62,640 nucleotides of DNA, filler included, from Choristocarpus tenellus KU-1152 (GCA_964200185.2; 14 parts of 14 records of this genome joined end to end with filler, not necessarily neighbours in it), one strand, 5' to 3'; positions 1 to 13,636 are shown, counted from the first letter of the whole stretch. Notes: generated by a model not told the origin, from the letters alone. Numbers and translations are program-made.

Positions 1-40
1 CAAATGGACAGCCGCCACCCCCTCCCAGATACTTTGAGCC
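1..40. mobile_element. MITE family R1, terminal fragment
   Basis: Ends in CCCAGATACTTTGAGCC. Identical to the end of the copy at 23573-23631 and inverted relative to 3035-3067. Confidence 0.8.
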
Positions 41-3034
41 TTGGCGTGAGTTTTCCTAGATGCAAAGATTGAGCTAAGAGAGGTATTGAAGGTTTGTGGC
101 ACATAAGTGTATTGGGTGGAATGTCTTGTTGATGAATACTGATGCGGAGAGAGTAAAATTGTTTAGCAATGTATGGTGACAAAGAAGTGTCATGCATTGT
201 GTTTTACATTCTAATAAGAACACTATGATCTATTGTTTTAGAAGTTTCTTGCCCGGCAAGTCCTTCCTCCTTTATTTTTGTTAGTCTCTCCCAGCTCGAA
301 ACTGTACTCAAACAGTTGCCCACCTCCTGCACATGCCTGCGTTCAACCACTTATCTCTGCCCAGTTGGTCTCTAAAGGATCGACTTGAGATAAAATGCCA
401 TTCCTCTGTTGTTTTCTTCATCTGCAGGACGGCAGTTGTTGGTAGGGCGAGAATCAAGCAAGCAGACCGTCCCAGATCAGCTCACCCTACTGGATCGCAC
501 TCCTTGATTAGACCCAGAGCCCGCGCTACTGGTACAATTGGTGGAGCTTTTCACCCCCAGCCATCTGCAGCTTTACGTGCAAAAATGGTCCTGACTGCAG
601 CAGCAAAAGAGGTGTTACAGGATAATGCACCTGCTTGAACATCGTGCAGATAGAACCCTTGTATGTAAAGCACAGTGTCATTATGTTTCTGCTTGAGTGC
701 CGTCCAGACCTTAACTTCCTTACCTTGGGTTTCCTAGGAGCTCTTCCCTGCTTTACTCACCACAGATATGCATATCTGAAGAGGTAGACTATGATGAAGC
801 ACAGCTAGTAGACTAGTTCGAATATTTCATGTTGTCCCTTTTGAACATGCAATCTTAAGAGTGGCAGCACAGTCTTGTGTCACATTTCAGCATAGAAGAT
901 TCAAGAGTTGGTAAAAAAATGGAACAATGGTCTGTCCTCCCCATAGCACCATTCACAGCATGCATGAGCATGTGCTCGGCACATCATAGTACCACTCCCA
1001 CCTCTTTGCAGCAAGGAGGTAAGTCGGAGATAGTTGTAATAACACAGCCTATTTTACTCTTAGGGTGTAGAAGAGGTTTCATTTGTCAGGAAAATTGTTC
1101 CAGGTTGAAGAGGAGAAAAGACTTGGCAGGATGCCTGCAACTGTAAACAAAGAAAGCCAAGAAAAACAGACCTGCTGCCTCCAGGGAAAAAGTAAAATCC
1201 CCCCTCAAGTTACTCCTATATGTTGAAGTGCCATGTTCGATGGTCAATCTTGCTGGCAGACGCAGTGGCTCTTAACGCCACAAATTGCGTACGGAATCCA
1301 TAAATGAAAATGGGCTAACTCCAATGTGCTACACAAATAATCACATGGAATGTCTGGCGTGCAGTTTGGCTTGTGATTAATGAAGTATGTCAGAAAATTG
1401 AAAGTGTATAGCAGCCCTTGGTTCTCCTGTCTCAATCCTACCTTCTTTTCTTTCCAACCACGAGGTGTAGCAATCAAGCACAAAGCTCTTGTTCTGTAAG
1501 AATAACTGCCAGCAGTTGCAGGGGTGGGGAAGTTTCCATGTAGAGTGCATTGTAATTGGCTCAATCCACTTATAGGCTGACCTCCCTTCTTGTGCGTTGC
1601 TCATTCTCTCAGGCTGTTGGTGCTGAAGCCATCCGAGCACATAGGGCCTGTGCCATGCAACCCATCACACCTGACCACCTCCGATATGGAGGGCTTGCAG
1701 AGCCGCCTTTGCTGAGACAACTCTTTAAGGGAGTCATAGGAGGAGGCGGTGCCTCTGGAAGTGACAGTGACCTGAAAGTGTGGGTGGGTGGTCCAGAGAC
1801 ACCCACACCTAGGGAACACAGTAGTGGCAGTGGCAATGACAGTGGCCTTGCAGGTCGAAGTAGCAGCAAATTGAAGGTGGTCAGGGGAAATATAGCTCCT
1901 CCCAAAGTAATGAAGGGCAGGGCAGGTCTGCCACCAGGATGGATGCCAGGTACAGCTGGGGTGAACAAGGATGTGCGAGGTAGTGATAATTCTCGTGTGG
2001 ATCAGGGAACGGAAGAAGCTCGATTTTTCACACCCCTAGCACACCACCACAATAATGCAGTTGTGGTTCCGCCTGTAGAACATAAGGGGTCAGCATCTCC
2101 ATCCGGAATCAGGCGCACAGGTTGTCATATTGGGGTTGGGGGAGAGACCGCAAGCAGCAACATTGACCTGTTCAGCGCCTCAGGTGGTGGACGTTAGATG
2201 GATGTTCATAAACCTCTGAATTGGTGAAGGAAGGACACTACCAGCAACAAACTATACTTCAGTAGGCCCAACCTGCACTCATCTCAGCGATTTGTTTTAG
2301 CGGTTTGTGCGGATGCTAGCCACTACCCTTACACATGTGGGGCGGGTTGCTTGTGTGCCCCCTCAAACAATTCCATAAATTCTGCACATGGCCAAACAAG
2401 ATTACTAAGTGCTGAGGCCTGAGATCTTTGATACAAACACAGAGCGTACACAATCATATTGGAATGTTTCCCCCCTCAGATACAGTCCTTCATGTTACAT
2501 TATACGATTTCCAAAACGTTAACCTTATCCAATATTATCAATGCCACCTTGAAGTGTGAAAAACACCTCCTTGTGGCGTCTACTCTATCTCTGGTGGTGT
2601 GCACAACATGTTCAGTAACTTCGTAGAGGTACTACCGTGAGTGGTGGTAGTAAGTATATAGTGTTAGTATGAGGTTTCTTGCCGTTGAAGAAAACAAACG
2701 TGCATGTGTGCGTGTGTGCGTGTCTATATGCCTCCAATATTGCATGCAGATTACTTATTAAATTACATGTTCAATGTTGATTTCTACTTTGAACTATGTA
2801 TCCCTGGATGTAGAATGTAGCACTGTGCTAAGTGTAGTAGGTGTAATAAGCAGTGATGTCCATCGTGAAGTCTATAGTTTTGGTGTTTATGTTTTTTGTG
2901 TATATATAAAACAATATGCAGGAGGTACGCTATGTATTTTTTTTGTATGTAGAATGTGTATCGTGTCCCATACAAGGCACATACATAGTACTACCATTAC
3001 TAATACGATCACTCTAGAATTTGTCTTGTGAGAC

Positions 3035-3067
3035 GGCTCAAAGTATCTGGGAGGAGGTGGCGGCTGT
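3035..3067. mobile_element. MITE family R1, terminal fragment at contig end
   Basis: GGCTCAAAGTATCTGGGAGGAGGTGGCGGCTGT is a near-perfect reverse complement of window positions 8-40. Confidence 0.8.
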
Positions 3068-3167
3068 NNNNNNNNNNNNNNNNNNNNNNNNNNNNNNNNN
3101 NNNNNNNNNNNTTAATTAATTAANNNNNNNNNNNNNNNNNNNNNNNNNNNNNNNNNNNNNNNNNNNN
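3068..3167. other. Artificial contig spacer N44-TTAATTAATTAA-N44 (first of 13)
   Basis: Identical 100-bp spacers with stops in all six frames at 3068-3167, 5760-5859, 10093-10192, 13930-14029, 23473-23572, 28160-28259, 31996-32095, 36988-37087, 40962-41061, 44009-44108, 49474-49573, 54988-55087 and 58681-58780. Additional 10-N scaffold gaps at 3562-3571, 16261-16270 and 16594-16603. Confidence 0.98.
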
Positions 3168-3468
3168 TTTTTCTCCCCCCCCACCCCCCCCCCCCATAAA
3201 TTTTCTTTTTTTTCCCCCCCCCCCCCAAAGGAGTTGTGTGGCCGTTTCCCCCCCCCCCCCCCCCCCCCCAAACACTTCCACCAATAGAATTGCTTGCTTC
3301 ACGGCGCCGATCCAATAGGATACGTGTATCCATTCGCCCCCCCCCCACAGATCTCCCTAACCCTATCCGTGCATCCCTCGTCAGCTTGCTTGAGAGAGGT
3401 GCCACAACAGGAGGAACCGCAGAGGAGTTTGTGATGGTCAGGGAGGTGAGAAGGATGCTGCGGGAGAA

Positions 3469-3499
<31 letters not shown>

Positions 3500-3628
3500 G
3501 GGGAGCACACACTCTTAGGGGCGCCGGGACATACGATAAAAAGACCGCCCCCGTCTGCCCANNNNNNNNNNTGTGCTTCTTGCAAGGCCCGCCCCCGCCG
3601 TCCCCCTCCCCCGCCCCGGGGGGCGGTG

Positions 3629-3666
<38 letters not shown>

Positions 3667-6600
3667 GATGGGGAGTTGAATCGTGAACCTTCATGGGTGC
3701 CTGGATCATTGATGGAATACAGGCAGCCGTTTCAAGACCTTCGCAGTGCATACAGTGCGTATGCAGGTGCGTTTGGCTCGCAGGTGGGTGGGTGAAATAT
3801 CTCGGGTCTTCGCAGCAGACCAGTACAAACAACTGGGCCGACCCTATTACATTTCAGGGGCCCTGGCCGAGACAAGTTTTACATGGACTGGCTCTATGAG
3901 AATATATAATAAATATTCTTTTTGATTACGACGGGTTGGGCTTGCGGGGGTAAGTTGGTCGACCACTGTAGATATAAGTGTATTTATTCATTGTATTCAT
4001 CTACCGTACCTTTTTAAGAATCCGAAGTTATGGGGGGGTGGGGGGGGCATTACATCACTAGTGTACAATGATATCATTTCAAAGATATTTTCCGAGTAAG
4101 GACCACTCTTAAACTTTTTTTTGTTCCCAGTTTTTGTAAAGTCTTGGCAGGCGAACCACCTGGCACGGATGGTACGATCAACCTGAGGCCCAGCCTGGCC
4201 CTGTCAAGGCGTGCTTTAGTTTCTGTATCGTTTCGGTCCATTTGTTCCAGTCCCATTGCAGAAGTTGAAGGGTCTGGCATAGTTTCTGTCGAACATATAT
4301 ATCCCAGGCAAGCAAGCCCTGACTGACGCTGTAAGTAAGTATTGTCCACTGCCAAGAAGCTGGGAACGCTTACTTTCCAGGAGATAGATAGATGACGGAT
4401 GCATTTATTTATTTATTTTTAACATATTTTTTTTAACTTTTTTTAGTGAGGAAATAAAAAATAAAAATAAAATCTGTACTTGTTGTGTTCACCCACCGTC
4501 TTCTGTTTATTTTAACTCCTTATCTTCCCGTTCAACTCTTTGTTTTGAGACACGTGTGTGTGTGCGTCGTGTATGTCTGTCTGTGTATTTCAGTTTTCTG
4601 GCAGGTGCATATCGTGTGTGTGTCTGTCTGTGTGTGTGTGTGTGTGCGTGCGTGCGCCTTTAGAGGTAGGTTCCCCTGTTCCACCTAGTTCATGCCCTTT
4701 GCCAACTCTTGTCTATCTATCCGTGTGTCTGTATTTCTAAAAAAAAAAACTGTGTGAAAAAAGAAAAAAAAAAAAAGAGAAAGAAAAAAAAAATCGAACC
4801 TTGCTCTGACCAGACCGCCCGAGGAACGTTCCCCTCCTGAAATAATACGAAAACCAAGAAACCTCCAACACCTCCAGAGGTCGGTGTGTGTGTGTGTCCA
4901 CACTTAAGAAGAGCCTTCTGAGTTAAATGGTAAAAAAAAAAAAGAACTTAAGAAGAGCCTTCCTTGTGTTTTTGCTTTCGATTGTCGGCCAGTTGGAGGG
5001 GTATAGTCTACTCGAGGAACCAAGTGAAGAACAGGCTGAGGGGGAGAGCACTCTTGGCACTCTTCACTTTGGAACAAGGAATCGGGACATGGCTGCTGGT
5101 GAACCTGAGTTTACAACCTGTGCTGCCAGGTTAGAGTGTGTGTGTGGACTGGCCCTATGGTCTGGGACTAGTTAGAGGCGCTTTACTCTGGTGACATCCT
5201 GGGGGGACTGGTTTTTGGAATTTTACTGTACTTCTGGAGCACGCACTGCCCTTTGGGGGAGGGAGGAGCATGCTCTGTGATTCACCATGCTTGGTTGCAG
5301 TAGTGGCGTGAGTCCCTTCTTTTTTTTGTTCGTTCAGGCACTGGGTATTGAAATGCTATTAATGCTATTAATGCTACTCCTACTGTTTGCAATGCAACTC
5401 GGGTTGACTCTATGGAGTGAAGTGGTCACTTTGCACTTGAGTTTGTTTTGTTTTTGTTTGTTTGTTTATTTGTTTGTTTTTTGGGGGGGGGTTGTCGTGT
5501 TTGTGAGGTACGTACGCACGCCTTTTTGGTTCAGCGCTGAGAGGTTTATTTATTTCCCGCGTGTGTCAGTGAGGGACACATTGATTCCTTTAGGAGGTGA
5601 TGGCGATGGACGTGTTGTAGTATGGAGGGACCGCAGTAATGCCCTGAATTAACTTTTATGTTCAACTTTTATGTTTTGCGAGTATCGACCCGGTGGTAGA
5701 AGATTCATACACCGGGCAAGTCAAATCAAATCAAATCCGATGTGTGTGTGGGGGGGGGGNNNNNNNNNNNNNNNNNNNNNNNNNNNNNNNNNNNNNNNNN
5801 NNNTTAATTAATTAANNNNNNNNNNNNNNNNNNNNNNNNNNNNNNNNNNNNNNNNNNNNGGGGGGAGGGGGCAGATTTAGGGGCAGAATTAGGGTTAGGG
5901 TTAGGGTTGGGATTGGGATAAGAGTTTCTTGTGTGTTAGGGCTTAAGTTGACGATTTGAGACACTTGTACAAGGAGTAACAGGAAGAACTTCAGATTGGG
6001 ATTTCAAATCCTAACGTAGAAATTTGTGTCTTTCCAAGAACTGGTGTAAGAATAAAAAAGAGAGGGATAAACTGCAAATTTTATGGACATTCTGTATGTT
6101 CGCGAAAAATGAGGTAAAAAACCGTTCTGGCTCAGGAGCAGTTGTTACTCCCTAATAGTAACATACTAGCATGTTCCTAGGTTTTAAAAAACCCATGAAA
6201 ATACATCAATATACTTCTTGTAAAGAAGAGAGTGAAAATGTACAGGCAGAAAAGGATTCTTGATAGAAGTGGAAAGTAAAATAAAAAAATACATAAAGTA
6301 GAGGAAATAAACTCTTGAGCAGGTACTACAAAAGTAAATAAAAACATAGAGCGATATTGTACACCCCCAGAGAACAAAAAATAAATAAATAAAAACAAGA
6401 CCATGGCAGCAAACTCATAACATCACATCGCACTGCTTGCAATCTGATTAAAGCTCTTCCACCCACAGAGGATAGAGTCACCCTACAACCACAAAGTTGC
6501 CTTACCTAGGTATGCTAAAGACTTTTTTTCTGTTGTCTAGGTTGTTGGTGAAAAAAAAGGTAATAGGTGTTTGTAACTGGCATTAAAAAATACATTAAAA

Positions 6601-7376
6601 AATACAATGGTAGGTAGCTGCTTCTAGATCAGGACATTGATTTGATCGATGACTGCTACCTCTCTAATACCTCACATAGTGTCAAGTTGCAGGCACTATT
6701 GCAATGTATGATACTTGACAGGCATACTTGACACTCTTAGAACTAATACAAAGTTACCCTGCCGATCTATTCTAAACAAATTCTTCAACAGGGGAGAGGA
6801 AATGCCATGTTCACACATGATCCATACATGCTCCCGTCACATACAAGCAATCTCCTAAGCAAACGCCCCCCATACACTACCAAAAGTGGTATCCATCACT
6901 TGCAGACCTGCTTTAAAAAAGACATTTCATGAAACCCTTTCAGAGCCTTCAACAAGCAGGTATGTTGTTCCAAAAAGGAACTGTTTTCTTTTCAACCAAA
7001 CAGACAACAGAAAAACGTTCTCAAAAAACTTCAACATAAATTTTCTAATATCTCAACCAAAAAAGAAATAAAGAAATAAATCAAGGGGTAATAAAACAAA
7101 TTCCCTATCAAAGCACATCACAGCCCGAAATAAAAAATTGTATTCTCACGTGACTACAACCAGACCCCCTCAACAACAACAAAAACAAAAGCCTCTCATA
7201 TAGAATAAAAATAAACTAGAAAACTAGTTACCCACAAAATAAACAACAGGTGCTGTATTTTCAAAGGGTCACAAGAACAAATTAGAAGAGTAAAAACTCC
7301 CTTACTTCCACAGCATCATTCCAATCCTGATCATAATAATTCACCCCAACCACGCACAACTCAAAGGGTTAGGTTT

Positions 7377-7404
7377 AACCCTAACCCTAACCCTAACCCT
7401 AACC
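7377..7404. repeat. Interstitial telomere-like (CCCTAA)n / (TTAGGG)n tract
   Basis: TAACCCTAACCCTAACCCTAACCCTAACC. Similar short tracts occur at about 5889-5910 and 50544-50565. Confidence 0.7.
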
Positions 7405-7533
7405 AGGACAGCTCCAAAATGATGACAAAGACAAAAACGCCTTGCAAGTATCTGATGTAGGCTGTCCTACGACAAGCATGCCTGCCACACATAAATCAAT
7501 CACTAAATCAATCAATCAACAAGTCAACTGGAC

Positions 7534-7783
7534 CTGTGTTCCACAAATGGTCTGACGTGGATTGAAGTCAGCAACCTCGATGGACCACCCAAAGTCGCAC
7601 AATCGTAAACGCCCTCCAATGGTGGAAGGGCAAGCAGAATATAAATCAGACATACAAATACAGGGAACAGAATAGGGGGCGGGGCGAGGCGAGGCGGGGG
7701 GGGGGGGGAAAGAAAAAAGGGGGGAGGAAAAAAAATAAAAAGGCAAAGAAAAAAAAAAAAAAAGAAAAAAAAGGGGGAAAGGA

Positions 7784-7821
<38 letters not shown>

Positions 7822-9967
7822 AGTCAAGAGGTCGGAGTTCAAAAACTTAACAGGCATTTGAAACAGAAAAAAAAGTACAAACAGGGAATATAAAATATGA
7901 TATGGAGGGTTGAATGAACGAATGGAGACTAAGAGAAGAAGGTATTTACCCCATACCATGAGAACTGTTCAATGCCAGTAACAAAAAAAAAAGATGGCAG
8001 GCAGTAGTATCCTGCCCATACCAACACCCCACACAGGCATATGTATGTCACAACAATAATGATAACAATAACAAAGTTATCAACAATAATTATCCCCTCG
8101 ACATCCACACATTCGCCTCTTGAGCAACTCCCTCAATCCAAAACATACTTATACTTATCGATTCACTCTCTCAGGTACAAAAGAGTCAACGTTTCACCTA
8201 TAGCTTCTATAGCTCTTTTTCCACATTTATAGTTACAATGCATACACCACATCGCCTGCATCAACACTAAAAAACCCTCACCAGTCTTGTCCAGGAGCAA
8301 ATTCTCAGGCTTGATGTCCCTGTGGATAACATTCAACCCATGTAAGTACCGCAACGCCAAGACCAGCTCATATACATATTTAGCAGCAACAGGCTCAGTG
8401 AAACGACCTCCAGGTTCTCCCTAGCATTGTTATTATTATTCCAAAAAACACACACACACACACACAAGAAAAGAAGGCGGAAGTTGGTCAGAAGGGGGGG
8501 GGGGGGGAATCTGAAGGTGGGCAAATCAATCAATCAATACCCATCAACTCTCCAGAGTATTAATCGCAAGATTACTGCAATGTAGCATACATTCGGTACA
8601 AAATTTAAAAAAGTCAAACAAAAATTCAGGTCGATAATTTCGTCAATAATTTTGTGGGCAAATTGGAGATTTCTGGCATCCAGGTATTGGGGTGATCGTT
8701 GCATCGGCATGACATATAACGTATACCATCAATATATTTTTATTAATTATGCCCTCGGATATTTTACATACGTGTCAGGGGAAAAAAAAACATTGAAAAA
8801 AACTATTCACATTGTCAGAATAATCCTTAAAAAAATGTAACAGTTGTCACAAGTGTGAAAGACATTTATCTATTTACAATTTTACCAACACCTACGCTGG
8901 ACCACTACCTTCCTGTGCCTCCAACCTAGCTTCCTGCACCCCAGGGTGAAGAGCTAGGGAAGCACCCCAAGAATCTAACAAGCCCCTCCCTAGCCCATCT
9001 CCCTGGTGACTCTCCAGCTTAAAAAATGCGAGACACATGTAGATAGGGCTACTTGTTTTGTGACTGAGGCTACCTGTCGTCATAGATGGGATTTAACTAC
9101 TCCTTTTCTGTTGCAGCCCCCAGCCCCTCTCGTCCCTACCATGTGTGTAGCCAGGTCATCCAGGAAGCATTCCACTTGCCTGCCGAGGCGCCAAAAACTG
9201 TCCACCACAAAGGTATTGAAGCTATAACTACGAGGATCAAAGGAGCCCTCTCCTCGTAGTGGGTGCTCTTTCGCGCCTCAACTACAGCAGCAGCTACACC
9301 ATTGCTGGTGGATGAGTGTGGGAGGTAAGACGCCTGCATTTCTGGAGAAGTAAAATGTGCAAGGACACCTTTGTCCCAGGAGGGAACTGATCTGGCATCC
9401 ACTAGCGCTCCGGCATGGAAGACCAGATCCATGCCGAAATTTCTGTCTGCTGTGTATGGGCTACCATCCTTCATAGCGCAGGGGATGCCTAATCCTTTCC
9501 AGAGTTGACTTAGACTCTTGACCCATCGATGTGTGTTGACAAACCTGTCCCCCTACCCTAGAGCATGTACGCCAATAGCATAGCTGGTACTAAAATGGTA
9601 AATAGATAAATGTCCTTTCACACTTACCACAACTGTTACTTCTTAAAGGATTTTTCTGACATGCGAACAGTTTTCATTGTTTTTTTTTCCCTGACACATC
9701 TGGAAAATGTCCAAGGGCATAATTAATAAAAATATAGTATACGCATGTAACTTAACATGTAGCACTGACAGTATATATTCAATACCCCATAACGTTTAGG
9801 GTAGTTAGTCATACCGTGTGCAGCAGTCATACCGATTGTAGTTAGTCATACCGTTTACAGAGTTAGTCATACCATCTAGGGCATCCACTCATTCAATGCA
9901 AGAATCCCATACCTTCATGTTTCGATAGAGCTCTCCTTTCCTGGCATGTTCCATCACAATGAAGATC
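7534..9967 (-). CDS. Aurora-family Ser/Thr kinase, partial (3 internal exons)
   Basis: Exons 9967-9913 ([18 protein letters not shown]), 8420-8282 ([46 protein letters not shown]) and 7613-7534 ([27 protein letters not shown]). All introns are GT-AG and phases are compatible. [10 protein letters not shown], the Aurora-type DFGWS and the RxTxCGT activation loop are present. Confidence 0.9.
8720..9743 (-). mobile_element. CRE-like (RLE-type) non-LTR retrotransposon 3' fragment with an inverted copy of its 3' end, in an Aurora intron
   Basis: Minus strand about 9550-9020 encodes, with frameshifts and a stop, ..[84 protein letters not shown], which has the restriction-like endonuclease C-terminal pattern. 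8720-8886 and 9591-9743 are imperfect inverted repeats. Confidence 0.7.
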
Positions 9968-10239
9968 CTGCTCCGACCCCAAAAATATATATTTGAACAC
10001 AAACAAAAGAAGGCGGGGGGGGGGGGGGGGGGGGGGGGGGCCTCAAACAATTTGGTGGAAAGCCCGGCGAAGTCCGGAGGCAAGGAGAGGAGNNNNNNNN
10101 NNNNNNNNNNNNNNNNNNNNNNNNNNNNNNNNNNNNTTAATTAATTAANNNNNNNNNNNNNNNNNNNNNNNNNNNNNNNNNNNNNNNNNNNNTTCTTTCC
10201 TCCCCTGTGGTGGGGGGGGGGGGAAAGGAGGAGGGGCGT

Positions 10240-10283
<44 letters not shown>

Positions 10284-11308
10284 GTTTCTGACCGTTTTTG
10301 CATTGTAAGCCAACTTCTTTTTTTCAATCTTCTGCAGTTCACCCCATATTTCTATGGATGAAGTGCTAAGTTTGACTTGAGAGAGAGAGAGAGAGAGAGA
10401 GGATTTAATTTATTTTTATTGACACAAAAAAAAGAAGTCCTGTATGCATTTGTAAAAAAAAAGTAAATGTGAATTCTGTGCATTTTTGCTGGGAATTATT
10501 AAAATAAAATTCTGGGTACCTCCCATCTACTTTGACTCCATTTCTCACTGCATTTCCATTGATTTAGGGTTAGGGTAGTTCAAGCGTGGTGGACTTTATT
10601 CTCACAGTACACACATACCTCCCACTCCCCCCACCCCACACACATGCATAAGCCCTGAGTATTGTCTCATTCTTAACCCTACTCCAAGCCAAATTTTTTG
10701 TATTACTTTTTTTTGTCCAATTCCCCTTTGTTCCTTGCCCTTAAACCCTTCCACTCCAAGTTTTTTTTTGTAGTGTTGCTTGGTTTCCTGTTCCTCCTAA
10801 AAGCATCTCCAAACGAAATGTAGTAGCGCCTCTGTTGTCAGCAAGCACTAGTATTGGAGCGAGATGAGTTGAATCAAAAGCTACACCCAAGGTACAGAAT
10901 ATGCACTGTGTCCTCATGTGCCACTTGCCTCTGTACTGAAGACAGGAATGAGTGCAACACCACGAATACTATTTGGATATAACACACACACACACACACA
11001 CGTACACCTCTCTTACATTAACATCATATCGCACCAACTAGTCCGCTGCCACCATGTGAGAGTACATTCAAGATGAAGTACTGGTATGCCTATTAATTGG
11101 ACCTTTGCTGCATTGTCCTCTGGATTCACTAAAATATTTGGGAGAAGGTTTCAGCCCAAGTTCTACTCACTTTCCCCCATGCTGCATGAACCCTGGCTAC
11201 CTGAGCTGAGGCAAGCATGCAATGCTTTGGCGAACTACTACTCAAGCACTCAAAATGCCCAAAATGCTACTTTCACCTACGATTTGATGAAACGTCTCCA
11301 CCCTTCAG

Positions 11309-12102
11309 GAAAAAGAGCTGTTATTTCCACGAAGGCTGGAGAGGAGGCAGTTAAAGCCCTGGATGACACAGATCGTATCGTGGTGCTCAACGCACTGAAG
11401 CTCATCGCCAGCATTGCAGCTCACCCTGGTACTAGCATGAAACATCGCTAACTAAACTCTCCTGTATCATGATCATAGACACTGCTTCAAAACAATACAC
11501 AACACAGCACGATGTATTCCAAGAGTGCACACTTTCTAGTCATACAGCAAAGGGAGGTTTGTAGTTTTGTCTAAATGATGGGCAAGGTTTCATAGTTTTC
11601 TTCCATTCCACTAGAAGGCGTACATCTAAAGCCGTCTACAGAGTGTAGCACATCAAAGCACTCCGGAGCACTTGATATACATGCACACAATGGAAGGGCA
11701 ACACGCCTTTACAACCTTGATTTTGGTATTGGCAAGAACCCTAATTATGAATATCTACTATTGAGTCACCCACAACAGCAGAGCGCCCTTAATGTGCTCA
11801 TTACTCTGATATCATGCAAGGGGTGGAGCTTCATGGTGCAACACCTCATTTTCTTGTGCTTGAATGATTGCCATCCACCATCGCTATTCTTTTCCCCCTG
11901 AAAAACCCACCCATTGCCCCCCAAATTCCCCTCTTCCCTCTTTCCACTTCAATTCTAATCTCTCGCGGAGTCAGAGGCTCGATCGGAGTTCAAAGAGGAC
12001 GAAAATTGTCTGTCCTTCATCCGCAGGCTGGAGGACAGCGAAGACAGAATGGTCTCGAAACATGCCTCCATTGCCTTGGAAGCTGTGCTGTGGACACCAT
12101 GA
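11309..12102 (+). CDS. RSPH14: Radial spoke head protein 14 (armadillo repeat), last two exons
   Basis: Exon 11309-11428 (GKRAVISTKAGEEAVKALDDTDRIVVLNALKLIASIAAHP) and exon 11975-12102 (EARSEFKEDENCLSFIRRLEDSEDRMVSKHASIALEAVLWTP*). GT-AG, phase 1/1. The ARM repeat and terminal A..A...W.P* are typical of RSPH14/RTDR1. Confidence 0.75.
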
Positions 12103-13199
12103 CATACTCATTCACTGATGATGACCGTATCATTTGTATCCATCACCTACCTAATTGATACTGAGGTAGTGAGTCAATGTTGTTGAATGAGGAGAACCAA
12201 TGGGTCGTCAGAGGGGTGGTATAAATTCTTTCATGACCAACACCTACCTGCGGCATGATTTTTTTTATTTTTTGCGTTCAACATACTCGGTACCTGAGGT
12301 CCTCACGATGAACTTATACAACTCTTCCAAAATAGAAGGCATGTTCCGAGCTTGCAGTCAGTGCATTTTTATGCGTATCTATCTATCTGGGTGCTGCTCA
12401 TGCTTGAATAAATGTACGTATTTATTTGGTAAATTGAGGGAAACGATTACAAACAAAGTAAGCATTAGTGACAGATAAAAACGCTGGCTCTAGTGGTACG
12501 TTCAGTGTTATCAACTTGTTTATGATACTGATCTATATTATACTACATAGAGCTCTAATACTCACTTGAAAGTAGTCACACATCTTGACGTAGTCTCTGC
12601 CCTCACCAGGAGAAGAAGGGGCAACCAATTGCAATGATGATAACAATAACGATGATATCCTAATAATCCTAACCCTAGGTACTTGGTGCTACATAATACT
12701 CGATTCTTTGAAGAAACATTTAGATGAAATGACGAACAACTTTTTTAGTGTTAATAGTACTAGTAGATGTTTTTGTCTGATAGAATCGCCAAACATCCAC
12801 CCTTTTATGGGAGCAACGATCTGGAGATGAGCGGGCAGTCAAGGTCGACAGGGGTATCTAATTAATCACGTTTAGTGGTCATTTCAGCAAGGGCTTTATG
12901 GAGCAGTCAGCAGGGACACACATGTGGCCCCAGCATGAAGGTCTCCAAACAAAGAGTCATATAATCCTAGAGGGGGGTTTATTAAGGATCTATTGAATAT
13001 AGGAGCTCATAAAATCTTCCACCAGATATCCCCATTCCCACGCCCGAAATGAACCTAGCCCAATGAAGAGCCTACGGACACTGGTTGTAGAAGAGGAGAT
13101 GAACATTCTTTCACGCAAGAAGTGCGAAATCACCCTGCAGGTTGGTAGGAACACATGGACCAGAAAATTGTCCCAGAGGTCCATATACTCAGCGACATC

Positions 13200-13315
13200 C
13201 CAGTCTAGGACACTATGACTCAAAACAACAATAAACATATGTATATAGTTTCCATTGGTTTTCTCCTGACACATCTGCAAAATGTCAGAGGGCATAATAA
13301 AATAATAAAGTATCC
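13200..13315 (+). mobile_element. 3' end of the same CRE-like retroelement family
   Basis: CCTGACACATCTGCAAAATGTCAGAGGGCATAATAAAATAATA matches 9690-9735 and, inverted, 42550-42610 and 43740-43800. Confidence 0.6.
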
Positions 13316-13636
13316 GCAACAACAGTTGATAGAAAATCAAAGTATTTTCCAATTCTGGACTATTTTTGTGGACTACTCTTATTTTTAATTTTCTTCGGTA
13401 AATTATCATTATTACTATTTTATTGGCTACGTGGTATGGTACTGTAATAGTATTATAATAATATATATGAGTGGTTTCCAACGGAAAGAAGGATGGATTG
13501 CTTGGTGTTCTTGTCGCATAAAAACATCCAGGAGGACAAAGAGGGACTGGAGTAGAACTCTGTCAGTTTAACCTACCTGAATATTACTATTTCTACTAGA
13601 ACAAATAAATACTATTACTATTAGTTACTGTAATAA

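Noticed and set aside
1556-2197. 213-aa plus-strand ORF
   Set aside because: Non-ATG start, no domain, and a composition consistent with the antisense of a decayed minus-strand sequence.
3236-5135. Possible plus-strand exons on contig 2 (e.g. 3670-3783, 4814-4879, 4993-5129)
   Set aside because: Splice-like borders exist, but several frames are open, phases are ambiguous and no motif is recognisable.
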